From: a bacterium
Lineage (GTDB): Bacteria; SZUA-182; DTGQ01; JAFGSM01
Assembly: GCA_049472335.1 (NCBI GenBank)
Contig: JBLIRO010000089.1
Location: 1 to 18,117 of the forward strand
Direction of reading: 5' to 3'
DNA: 18,117 bases
Shown here: one piece after another, positions 7,651-16,214 of the stretch
Position numbering within the stretch: position 1 is the first letter of the stretch
Layout: every line of letters starts with the position of its first letter
The notes under the pieces: model-generated
What the model saw: the letters and a program-made list of their open reading frames with translations, nothing else
What the model was told of the DNA's origin: nothing
Databases searched by the model: none
Position numbers and translations under genes: made by a program

Positions 7651-10600
7651 ATGAAAAGAGTAATTTTTCTGAGTATGATACTAACCTTATTATCTCTTCC
7701 TGCAACTATTCCTGTCTTCGCACAACCTGTCATTTATGATGGGACCATTACTACCTTAGATATAAATGGTAATATCCTTCCTTTGGAAGGTGTAACTGTG
7801 AAAATAAGGAATCAAACTGAAATTGTCTCTACTGTGACAAATCAAGATGGATATTATAGGATTTTTATTGAATTGGGTTTATATCCAAGATTAGAAGCTA
7901 CCAAATTCGGTTACGATGACTATAACCGGGATGTCAGCGGTGCAGGAGGCACATATAATTTTAGAATGAATTTAACCTGGATTAATTACAGCGGCATAGT
8001 GCGAAATGAACTTGTTATACCAATATCTGGAGCAGTGGTAACCCTTCATGGAGATAAAACAGATCTTAATTATACAACGGGTGAGAGTGGATATTACAAA
8101 TTTAGCATCCTACAACTGGATCTCGGTTCTTCTCCAATGCTTACAGCAGAATATCCAGGCTATCATGATTGGGGAAACCCAGTTAGCCTCGATGGCGGCA
8201 CATATGATATTGGAATGTCAAAAATTATTACCCTTATTGTTTACAAAGGAACGGTGAAGGATAAGAAAAGCGGTGCTCTTCTATCCAATGTGCATATAAA
8301 GATTCAATGTTCTAGTAAAAGCTTTACTGATACCACAGGGGCTGATGGGAAATATGAAATACTCGTGTTGCAGGAGGAAGTTGGTTCTGCTCCATCCCTT
8401 CGGGCTACCAAATCAGGATATTATAGTTTCAGCAGAGGTGTCAGTGTTTCTGGTGAGGTTGTTGATATTCTTTTAGAGAAGATTGAGGCTGACTTCTATG
8501 GGACCGTAACAGATGGAAAGGGAGATCCCTTATCCGATGTGCATGTAATTATTCAGGCTGAAAGCCAAAGTTTTAGTGATTATACTGATACAGAAGGATA
8601 CTACTTTATCCACACCCTCAATATAATTAATAATCCCCGTTTAATTGCAACAAAAGCTGAGTACCAATCAGTTGCTAAAGAAAATATCAGCAAAGATGGT
8701 GGTGAATATTCATTTTCCATGAAGGTAAATAGATTTTCTGGCACAGTAACAGATATTAATGATCATCCAATTGAAGGAGTAAAAATATCGATTCAGGATG
8801 AAGGAGGCATAATTATCCCGGATGGCATCGAGATGAGTGATATTACTGATACGAACGGTTATTATGAGATTCTAATATTACCTATTGATTTAGGAGACAC
8901 CTTACTAATCAATGCAGAAAAAGAATGTTTCTTTAATTATAAAAGACCAATTAATCTGAGCGATAAGATCCATGATTTTCAGATGAGTTCTGATTATGTT
9001 TATATTCTAAAGACATTGCCTGAAAATAATAATATCAATGGATTTGTTATGGATACCCCTTATGGATGCGGATATCATATTGATTCTATGAATACATCAG
9101 GATTTAATTATATCTTACTTGCTTATTTAGACGAAAATATCCTGGCGGATGATGAAGGGAAGATAGCAGTTTCCGGTTATTTCCGCCAGGATGATTCTTT
9201 GGGTGGTATATTATTAGAAGAAGGCCGGCACTTTTCTATTTATATTCTTGATTCAGACGCAACAACTATAATTCAAGAGCAAAAGATACTCTTAAGTGAT
9301 GATGGAACAGATTGGATATTTAAAGGTTTTTATATAGAAGGACTTAGCGCTGGGGAATCGTACAAGATTGGCTTTGGCAGGAAAAATATCGACTCTGAAA
9401 ACAATAATATTACTGCTGAATGGTCTGAGGTTAGATTTGCAGATTCTGCTAAGGGAAATCTCAAAATAAATGGGCTGGTATTTCATGGAACGATTGAGGG
9501 ATATTGTGAAATTATTAATAAATTAGATTGTTATATACCTCTGGGCCCCCCCTATAATGAGATTTATATCGATATTTACGATGCAGAGACCGATGAAAAA
9601 ATACATTCTGAAAAGACTCAAAATCCATTTTTATATACTTATGATGGATGGGAAAGAGAGAAAAATTTACGTATTGATGTTAAGTGGAGGCAGTTAAAAA
9701 CCATTGAGTCATTTCGCAAAGCTAGCAAGACTCTTAGATTAACCGGAAATGAGGTGGTTAGATTCTATCTCCAGCCGGAGAACAGAATGGTATGGAATAG
9801 AGGATGCGTTTTTCATGCACCAGATTTGCCTGAATATCTTAAACCAACAATTTCCACACAGGATCAAAGAGATGATTGGATAGTAAAAATACCTATTTAT
9901 AATGAACCAAAGGCAAAACTTAAATGCTATGGGGATATATCAGTAAATGTAAAATCTGCAACTTATACACCTGTAATAGAAGACGTTTTATTTAAATATA
10001 CTTATTTTCTATGGATTTCAACCTCATTTCATTCAGACTTTGAATGGATCCCGGATCAGGATGTTAATGAGGATGATATTGAAATTTATCTGGATTATTT
10101 TAAAAATCATACAATTAATGGTGTTGTACGGGACTGTGTTATCTACGCCCGTGTATGTGATTATCCAGGGGAGCCTGGAAAAAATTATTTTAGATGGGGG
10201 ACAGAGGCAGGGAATCATTTTTCAAGTGTAAATATAATACGAACAGGACCTACTCCGTCTGAATTAACAGTAAATCTTATCGCAGATGGATTAAATATTC
10301 TTAACACAGGATTCGATGGTGCCTGTTTAATCTTAACATTATTAAAATATGAATCTCCCTGGCTCATTGCTGCTGATATAGGATTGAATATATTATGGGA
10401 GATATATGAACAGATTGACATCTCACACATGACAAATAGTGATGATAACATCATTACAAATGGGATTTCTGAGGCCATGGTGGAGTGGCGAAATTTTTCG
10501 GAAAGCGATGGACATGATTATTATCATAAATATTGGCAGGTAGATCTAAGTACTGGTGAAGAAATAACAGATCTTGTTAGAAACTCTGCTGTTATAAGCT

Positions 10601-11793
10601 ATGGTGACTGGATTATCGAGGATTTACTTCATGCTCCGAATAAAAGGCAACTACTGGAAATCTATGCAGTTTATCGTATTCTTGGTGAAAATATAGAATA
10701 TAATGGCAGATATTATAATAGTATCCAGTTCCAAACACCATCTGTATATCTTGAATTGGATTTAAATGAAATCCCCGAAGCTGTAACGGCATATCAGGAC
10801 TGTGATGCCGAGGGCACGGAATATAGGCTGGAAGAGGGGGAATATACTGCTACAAGATTAAATGAAATTGGAATCTTAGAGGATAAGATATCTTCAATCA
10901 AAGTGCCCTCTGATTTTATGGTTACTCTATTCAAGAATGATAATTTTGATGATAGTGATGGAATAAAAGAGATTTATAAGGATACATATTTTTGTTACAC
11001 CGATACTGATTGGGATCAAGCTATTTCTTCCTTAATAGTAAAAAGGAAAGCATCTGCTTATGAAACCGGTATTTTAGGAACCTGCCTGGACAATGATGAT
11101 AATCCCTTGGAGAATGTAACTGTTAATCTCCTTGTGGATGGTGAGATCTATGGAACCACACAGACGGATTCAGATGGCAACTTTAAGATAAGCATAGGAG
11201 AGGATATCATAGCAAAACAGCAAGCAGCGACACTAGAGATATCCCATGATGGAAATGATACCGAACAAATACAAACCACTATTATTCCAAATCATTTAAA
11301 ATATGAAATGATAACCTATAAACCACCTCCAACGGTATCCGTTGAAATGAACCTAAGTAGGGGCTGGAGCATGATATCACTTCCAGTAATCCCTCTTGAT
11401 GATGCTTCTGCAATATCAGTCTTATTTCCAGAGGCCATAGTAGTGTATAACTATGACAGTGAAATTGGGTATGTAAGGATACAAAAGAGTGAAACACTAC
11501 AGGTTGGAAATGGATACTGGATATTATTAGACCAGGATCAAAACTATCTCTTAACCGGCTATGCCATCAATTCATATAAGAAGCCAATATCTAGTGATGG
11601 ATGGAAGATGATAGGTGGTTGTACTTCCTCGGCTAAACCTGAAATAGCCGGAGGTGATATTATTGTTATTTATGAATATAATCCTGGATATGGCTATAAT
11701 CGAGTTTTGGTTGGAAATAATCTTGAATCTGGGAAAGGGTATTGGATTTTAATAAAAAATATAGATGATAAAACAGAGCTTAAGGTTAGTTAG
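7651..11793 (+). CDS. Large secreted multidomain protein: carboxypeptidase-regulatory-like repeats, beta/gamma-crystallin domain and C-terminal GW.MISLP/GYWI domain
   Basis: GGAGGAAGGA RBS before ATG 7651. Signal peptide MKRVIFLSMILTLLSLPATIPVFA. Five G.V.D..G.PL..V.I...T...GYY repeats at ~7730-8990 and a sixth at ~11065-11320. Crystallin-like YQDCDAEG...DKISSIKVPSDFMVTLFKNDNF...WDQAISSLIV at ~10780-11040. C-terminal LSRGWSMISLPV...GNGYWI...GWKMIGG...GKGYWI. Confidence 0.88.
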   Translation: MKRVIFLSMILTLLSLPATIPVFAQPVIYDGTITTLDINGNILPLEGVTVKIRNQTEIVSTVTNQDGYYRIFIELGLYPRLEATKFGYDDYNRDVSGAGGTYNFRMNLTWINYSGIVRNELVIPISGAVVTLHGDKTDLNYTTGESGYYKFSILQLDLGSSPMLTAEYPGYHDWGNPVSLDGGTYDIGMSKIITLIVYKGTVKDKKSGALLSNVHIKIQCSSKSFTDTTGADGKYEILVLQEEVGSAPSLRATKSGYYSFSRGVSVSGEVVDILLEKIEADFYGTVTDGKGDPLSDVHVIIQAESQSFSDYTDTEGYYFIHTLNIINNPRLIATKAEYQSVAKENISKDGGEYSFSMKVNRFSGTVTDINDHPIEGVKISIQDEGGIIIPDGIEMSDITDTNGYYEILILPIDLGDTLLINAEKECFFNYKRPINLSDKIHDFQMSSDYVYILKTLPENNNINGFVMDTPYGCGYHIDSMNTSGFNYILLAYLDENILADDEGKIAVSGYFRQDDSLGGILLEEGRHFSIYILDSDATTIIQEQKILLSDDGTDWIFKGFYIEGLSAGESYKIGFGRKNIDSENNNITAEWSEVRFADSAKGNLKINGLVFHGTIEGYCEIINKLDCYIPLGPPYNEIYIDIYDAETDEKIHSEKTQNPFLYTYDGWEREKNLRIDVKWRQLKTIESFRKASKTLRLTGNEVVRFYLQPENRMVWNRGCVFHAPDLPEYLKPTISTQDQRDDWIVKIPIYNEPKAKLKCYGDISVNVKSATYTPVIEDVLFKYTYFLWISTSFHSDFEWIPDQDVNEDDIEIYLDYFKNHTINGVVRDCVIYARVCDYPGEPGKNYFRWGTEAGNHFSSVNIIRTGPTPSELTVNLIADGLNILNTGFDGACLILTLLKYESPWLIAADIGLNILWEIYEQIDISHMTNSDDNIITNGISEAMVEWRNFSESDGHDYYHKYWQVDLSTGEEITDLVRNSAVISYGDWIIEDLLHAPNKRQLLEIYAVYRILGENIEYNGRYYNSIQFQTPSVYLELDLNEIPEAVTAYQDCDAEGTEYRLEEGEYTATRLNEIGILEDKISSIKVPSDFMVTLFKNDNFDDSDGIKEIYKDTYFCYTDTDWDQAISSLIVKRKASAYETGILGTCLDNDDNPLENVTVNLLVDGEIYGTTQTDSDGNFKISIGEDIIAKQQAATLEISHDGNDTEQIQTTIIPNHLKYEMITYKPPPTVSVEMNLSRGWSMISLPVIPLDDASAISVLFPEAIVVYNYDSEIGYVRIQKSETLQVGNGYWILLDQDQNYLLTGYAINSYKKPISSDGWKMIGGCTSSAKPEIAGGDIIVIYEYNPGYGYNRVLVGNNLESGKGYWILIKNIDDKTELKVS

Positions 11794-12074
11794 GGACAGA
11801 TTAAAAATCAGGCAAAGTGGAATTAAAAGAATTTGGTGTAGATATACAGGCCGCTGCTTATTCAGCCACCTTAGTTATAGTGTCCCAAATTTATACTCAA
11901 GAAGGATATTATACCTATATAACCGCAAAATGATGGCCCCCTGAGGATCACCCGGATACATCCTGCGATACTCATCCTTTAAAGGTGACAAATCAAATAT
12001 TAGTGTTTTGTGTATCATTGCCTGACATGTATCGTTATTTGCATTATGTGACAGAAGGAAAGGCTTCCAAAAAG

Positions 12075-12110
12075 TTCTGCGTATACTTTTATCCAGGAAA
12101 GCAAATTCTT
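12075..12110 (+). repeat. Further copy of the 37-bp motif
   Basis: TTCTGCGTATACTTTTATCCAGGAAAGCAAATTCTT has 2 mismatches to 4986-5021. Confidence 0.9.
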
Positions 12111-12257
12111 ACTTATAAAAACCACCGACACTTTGCTCTAGTGGTTTTCAAAGCCAGTCAAACATTATACCGATAAATATCTCAGACAGCTAACTAATGT
12201 AATCACAGTTCCAAGAAGGTATATATGCTTAAATTTCTCGAGAAATGAGCGGTAAAA

Positions 12258-12282
12258 GGGGACAGACTTATATAGTGTCCCC
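12258..12282. repeat. REP-like palindrome GGGGACA-N11-TGTCCCC
   Basis: 7-bp inverted arms. A related pair lies at 11793-11800 (GGGACAGA) and 11876-11886 (TATAGTGTCCC). Confidence 0.65.
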
Positions 12283-12441
12283 CCACTTTACGAAACTCCA
12301 TCCCGTAGTGACGGCTCAGAAGCTCTACCATTGATAATCGTTTTATCCCTTCAGCCTTGCTCATGCATTCTCCCCCCCATGCAAGACAGTACCGTCAACA
12401 AAGACCTGCAGACCCATTGATGAGGCAACTATACTTATCGT

Positions 12442-12696
12442 ATGCTCTTGAAAATCCAATATTGGCGTGATGCAGTCGGACGGGAGATTGATTTCGTAAT
12501 AGCCCGCAATCGTAATGAGGTAGACGCCATTGAATGTAAGTGGGACCCGGTGCAGTTTGATCCGACAGCGATCAAATTATTTCGATCTTACTATCCCCAT
12601 GGGAAAAATTATCTTCTTAGTCCGCTGACCATCCCAGGATATCCGAAAAAGGTCTCCGGCCTCGATATTTTTATCTGCAATCCAGAGGGTTGGTGA
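12442..12696 (+). pseudogene. C-terminal fragment of an AAA+ ATPase/DUF4143 protein
   Basis: YWRDAVGREIDFVI...AIECKW is the PD-(D/E)XK-like DUF4143 tail. The N-terminal ATPase domain is missing. Confidence 0.75.
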
Positions 12697-12772
12697 AAGC
12701 AGGCCAAAGAACAGGGAAATTGAGATAAGATTAAGCAAGACAAAACCATCTGTGGTGGAGAACTGATAGCCT

Positions 12773-13351
12773 ATGGAAAAAACAGAAGCAGCACGGCAAT
12801 ATATGTGTAAAACTTACTATGATGTAAGGACATTCGGGGCAGTTATGTCAACGGGAAAGAATGCGGGTCAAGTCCGAGGACCTGTGCAATTAACATTCGC
12901 CCGTAGTGTCAATCAGGTCGTTCCACTTGAGTATAGCATCACCAGGATGGCAGTTGCGACTGAGGCGGAGGCAGAAAAGCAGCAGGGCGATAACAGGACC
13001 ATGGGAAGGAAATTCACTGTTCCCTACGGTCTGTACTGCTGTCATGGTTTCGTATCCGCATCTTTTGCAAAGCAGACAGGTTTTGTAGAAGATGATTTAA
13101 ATTTGCTCTGGAAAGCGCTTCTTGAGATGTTTGAGCATGACCGCTCTGCAACTCGTGGACAGATGTCAACACGTAAACTTATTGTCTTCAAACACGATTC
13201 TGAATTGGGGAATGCCCCGGCGCATAAGCTATTTGAAATGGTAAAGGCAGAGGCAAAAACAAATCCGGTGCGGGATTTTAGCGACTATGAAATTATAGCG
13301 CCATCCCAGGGAGATATGCCACAGGGGGTAACATTAGAGGTCAAGCTTTAG
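12773..13351 (+). pseudogene. cas7: Type I-C Cas7 (Csd2), N-terminally truncated
   Basis: [56 protein letters not shown] and [10 protein letters not shown] are Cas7c motifs. The conserved N-terminal NPNGDPD region (roughly the first third) is absent, and there is an in-frame stop just upstream. Confidence 0.9.
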
Positions 13352-13355
13352 AGCT

Positions 13356-13979
13356 ATGTACTCTGAAGAGGATCTGATTCAGCTTTCATCATTGCAGCAT
13401 TTTGTCTTCTGCGAGCGCCAGTGCGCCCTCATTCACATCGAGCAATTGTGGGATGAGAACCTTTTCACTGCCGAGGGCAGAATTATGCATGATAAGGTTG
13501 ACACGGCGGACAGGGAATCAAGAGGGAATATCCGCATCGAGTATGGCGTGCCTCTTCGCTCGCTCAGGTTAGGTCTTATCGGCAAGGCTGATGTTGTGGA
13601 ATTTCATAGGATGGATAATGGGATATGGATGCCTTTTCCCGTTGAATACAAAAGGGGCAAACCAAAAATGGATGACTGCGATAAAGTTCAGCTTTGCGCA
13701 CAGGCAATCTGTCTTGAAGAGATGCTCAATGTTGAGATCAAAAATGGTGCGCTTTTTTATGGCAGGACACGGCGCAGGGAAGATGTTGTGTTTGACAATG
13801 AATTGAGATTGGAGACGGAAGAAACAGCAAAGAAGGTGCGTGCACTGGTTGAATCAGAAAAGACACCGAAACCTGAATACTCAAAAAAGTGCCAAAGATG
13901 TTCTCTCTATGATCGTTGCCTGCCGAAGGTAAGCAGAAAGGCGGGAAACTATCTGCTGAAGGCAATTGAGGGTGCATAA
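13356..13979 (+). CDS. cas4: CRISPR-associated exonuclease Cas4 (type I-C)
   Basis: LQHFVFCERQCALIH, GKADVVE, PVEYKRG, QLCAQAICLEEM and C-terminal CQRCSLYDRC (four Fe-S cysteines). Confidence 0.96.
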   Translation: MYSEEDLIQLSSLQHFVFCERQCALIHIEQLWDENLFTAEGRIMHDKVDTADRESRGNIRIEYGVPLRSLRLGLIGKADVVEFHRMDNGIWMPFPVEYKRGKPKMDDCDKVQLCAQAICLEEMLNVEIKNGALFYGRTRRREDVVFDNELRLETEETAKKVRALVESEKTPKPEYSKKCQRCSLYDRCLPKVSRKAGNYLLKAIEGA

Positions 13980-13991
13980 CTTACTAACCCT

Positions 13992-14042
13992 TACCTTGTA
14001 ATTCCATACCAAGCAAGGTATTCTTATAGTAAGGAGGTAAGG
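13992..14042 (+). promoter_or_regulatory. Internal promoter/operator of the AbrB-PIN pair
   Basis: TTGTAA 13996-14001, 17-nt spacer, TATTCT 14019-14024. The inverted repeat TACCTTG (13992-13998)/CAAGGTA (14014-14020) overlaps both elements. Strong RBS TAAGGAGGTAAGG. Confidence 0.6.
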
Positions 14043-14046
14043 AAAT

Positions 14047-14283
14047 ATGCTCGCTAAGAAAACATCGAAGAATCAGATTACATTGCCCAAAGAGATCGTC
14101 AAGGAATTCCCTGATACGGAATATTTTGACGTCAAAGTAGAGGAAAGGAAGATAATACTGATGCCTGTCAAGATAACACCTGCGGATATAACACTTGAAG
14201 GCGTGAGGGAGAAAATCAAAAAACTCGGCATTAGCGAAAGCGATGTGGCTGAGGCGGTAACGTGGGCAAGAAAGAAAAAGTGA
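14047..14283 (+). CDS. AbrB/MazE/SpoVT-family antitoxin
   Basis: MLAKKTSKNQITLPKEIV...YFDVKVEERKIILMPV is a swapped-hairpin DNA-binding signature. Its stop overlaps the toxin start (GTGA). Confidence 0.9.
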   Translation: MLAKKTSKNQITLPKEIVKEFPDTEYFDVKVEERKIILMPVKITPADITLEGVREKIKKLGISESDVAEAVTWARKKK

Positions 14284-14702
14284 CACGAAAGGTCGTTCTT
14301 GACACCAATATATTGGTATCCGCTTTGCTGTTTAAAGAAGAACTTGAAGGGATAGTCGATTGTTGGAAGAATGGCCGGATTATTCCTGTACTCTCAAAAG
14401 AAACCTTTGCAGAATTTAAGACCGTTCTTGAATATCCAAAGTTTTCCCTGAGCAGGCAGGATATACAAATGATAATTGAACAGGAAGTTTTGCCATATTT
14501 TGAAATTGTGGAAGTCAGCGATAAAACTGAAAATGTATGCAGAGACCCTGATGATGACAAATTTATTGACTACGCCATATCTGCATCAGCGGAATTTATT
14601 GTCACTGGGGACAGAGATTTTCTGGATATAGGCGGATTCAAATCTGTCAGAATTATAAATGCTTCAACACTGTTAAAAATGTTGAGCATGAGGAAAAATT
14701 GA
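14280..14702 (+). CDS. PIN-domain toxin (VapC-like)
   Basis: VVLDTNILVSAL, EF..VLEYPKF, CRDPDDDKFI and IVTGDRDFL. GTG 14280 overlaps the antitoxin TGA (GTG 14262 is an alternative start). Confidence 0.92.
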   Translation: MTRKVVLDTNILVSALLFKEELEGIVDCWKNGRIIPVLSKETFAEFKTVLEYPKFSLSRQDIQMIIEQEVLPYFEIVEVSDKTENVCRDPDDDKFIDYAISASAEFIVTGDRDFLDIGGFKSVRIINASTLLKMLSMRKN

Positions 14703-15730
14703 AAAAGCTTCTTAACACCCTCTTTGTTACAACCCAGGGAGCATATCTTTCAAAAGAGGGAGAAACTGTTGTTGTTAAGTTTGATGGGGAAGTAGCCTTG
14801 CGCTTGCCCATACACACTCTTGGCGGGACTGTCTGTTTCGGTCAGGTCTCGTGCAGCCCATATCTTATGGGATTCTGCGCGGAGAATCAGGTCGCGATCA
14901 GCTTTCTTACGGAAAATGGCGGCTTCCTCGCAAAGGTTCAGGGGCCTGTGTCGGGCAATGTCCTTCTCAGGCGCGAGCAGTACCGCCGAGCTGATAATTT
15001 GAATGCATCCGCGTCTATTGCGCGTGCCGAACTGACGGGAAAAATAGCAAACTGCCGCACAGTGATTCAACGCGCATTGAGAGATCATTCAGACAAAATT
15101 GACACTGACGCAATTTCTCAGGCTTCGCAGAAGCTTGCAAATGCAGTTAGAAGATTACAGGCGGAATCTCCTCTTGATTATGTCCGGGGGATAGAGGGAG
15201 AATCGGCAAAAGTCTACTTTTCCGTCTTTGATCATTTAGTAACGTCACAGAAAGATGATTTCAAATTCCATGAACGGAACAGAAGACCGCCACTTGATAA
15301 TATAAACTGCCTGATGTCGTTTATCTATACCCTTTTGATGCATGATGCGCGGGCCGCCATTGAAACAGTTGGGCTCGATCCTGCAGTCGGTTTCCTGCAC
15401 AGGGACCGTCCCGGACGTTACGGTCTAGCGCTTGACCTGATGGAGGAGTTCAGGCCGTTTATTGCTGACCGGCTCACTCTTTCTTTGGTCAATCTAGGGC
15501 AGGTGCAGGCCAAGGGATTCAAAAAGAAGGAATCAGGGGCCGTATGGATGGATGATGATACGAGAAAAACGGTCATTGTCGCATATCAGAAACGCAAGCA
15601 GGAGGAGATAGAACACCCCTTTCTTAAGGAGAAGGTGGCAATTGGCCTTCTTCCTTATGCACAGGCGCTATTGATGGCGCGTTTTCTCAGGGGAGATATT
15701 GACAATTATCCGCCTTTTCTATGGAAATGA
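14699..15730 (+). CDS. cas1: Type I-C CRISPR integrase Cas1
   Basis: KKLLNTLFVTTQGAYLSKEGE, GNVLLRREQYR, RGIEG, RNRRPPLD, GLDPAVGFLHRDRPGR, LALDLMEEFR and YPPFLWK. Length 343 aa; the TTG start overlaps the toxin stop. Confidence 0.97.
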   Translation: MKKLLNTLFVTTQGAYLSKEGETVVVKFDGEVALRLPIHTLGGTVCFGQVSCSPYLMGFCAENQVAISFLTENGGFLAKVQGPVSGNVLLRREQYRRADNLNASASIARAELTGKIANCRTVIQRALRDHSDKIDTDAISQASQKLANAVRRLQAESPLDYVRGIEGESAKVYFSVFDHLVTSQKDDFKFHERNRRPPLDNINCLMSFIYTLLMHDARAAIETVGLDPAVGFLHRDRPGRYGLALDLMEEFRPFIADRLTLSLVNLGQVQAKGFKKKESGAVWMDDDTRKTVIVAYQKRKQEEIEHPFLKEKVAIGLLPYAQALLMARFLRGDIDNYPPFLWK

Positions 15731-15738
15731 AGTGAAAG

Positions 15739-16029
15739 ATGTTTGTGATTGTAAGCTATGATGTTGCCATTGATGAGGGGAAAGGCCAGCGCAGGTTGCG
15801 GAGGGTCGCAAGAGCGTGCCAGGATTATGGGCAGAGAGTCCAATATTCTGTCTTTGAGTGTATTGTTGATCCGGCGCAATGGGCTAAACTAAAAGCAAGG
15901 TTGATCTCGGAAATCGATCCTGACAAGGACAGTCTGAGATTTTATTACCTTGGTTCCAATTGGCGGCATCGCGTAGAACATATCGGAGCCAAGACGTCCA
16001 TAGATCAGGAAGGGCCTCTGATTGTTTGA
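15739..16029 (+). CDS. cas2: CRISPR-associated Cas2
   Basis: VSYDV...RRLRRVARACQDYGQRVQYSVFEC...DSLRFYYLG; 96 aa. Confidence 0.97.
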   Translation: MFVIVSYDVAIDEGKGQRRLRRVARACQDYGQRVQYSVFECIVDPAQWAKLKARLISEIDPDKDSLRFYYLGSNWRHRVEHIGAKTSIDQEGPLIV

Positions 16030-16214
16030 AATGCGGTTGCGAACCGAAAGCTCACATGATTATATCGGGAAGTTCGCAGGGGATATAACATGTTAAAAAA
16101 TAACATAAATATATCTGTTTCGCTTTTTAAAAGTTTAATCTTTAATGCGTTTAGAGAAAGGTTCGCAAAAAGCGGACTATATCCTGTTATTTCATAATTA
16201 GTTATGAGCAGGCT
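16030..16214 (+). promoter_or_regulatory. CRISPR leader (type I-C)
   Basis: AT-rich stretch between cas2 and the repeat. Carries the GCGAACC/GGTTCGC motifs usual in I-C leaders: TTGCGAACC 16037-16045, GTTCGCA 16072-16078, GGTTCGCAA 16160-16168. Confidence 0.8.

Noticed and set aside
8048..11497. Short ORFs inside the 1380-aa gene
   Set aside because: They are nested in a long uninterrupted CDS and have no independent coding signals.
11985..12176. 63-aa ORF
   Set aside because: GTG start, no family motif, and it overlaps the 37-bp DNA motif, so it is probably non-coding.
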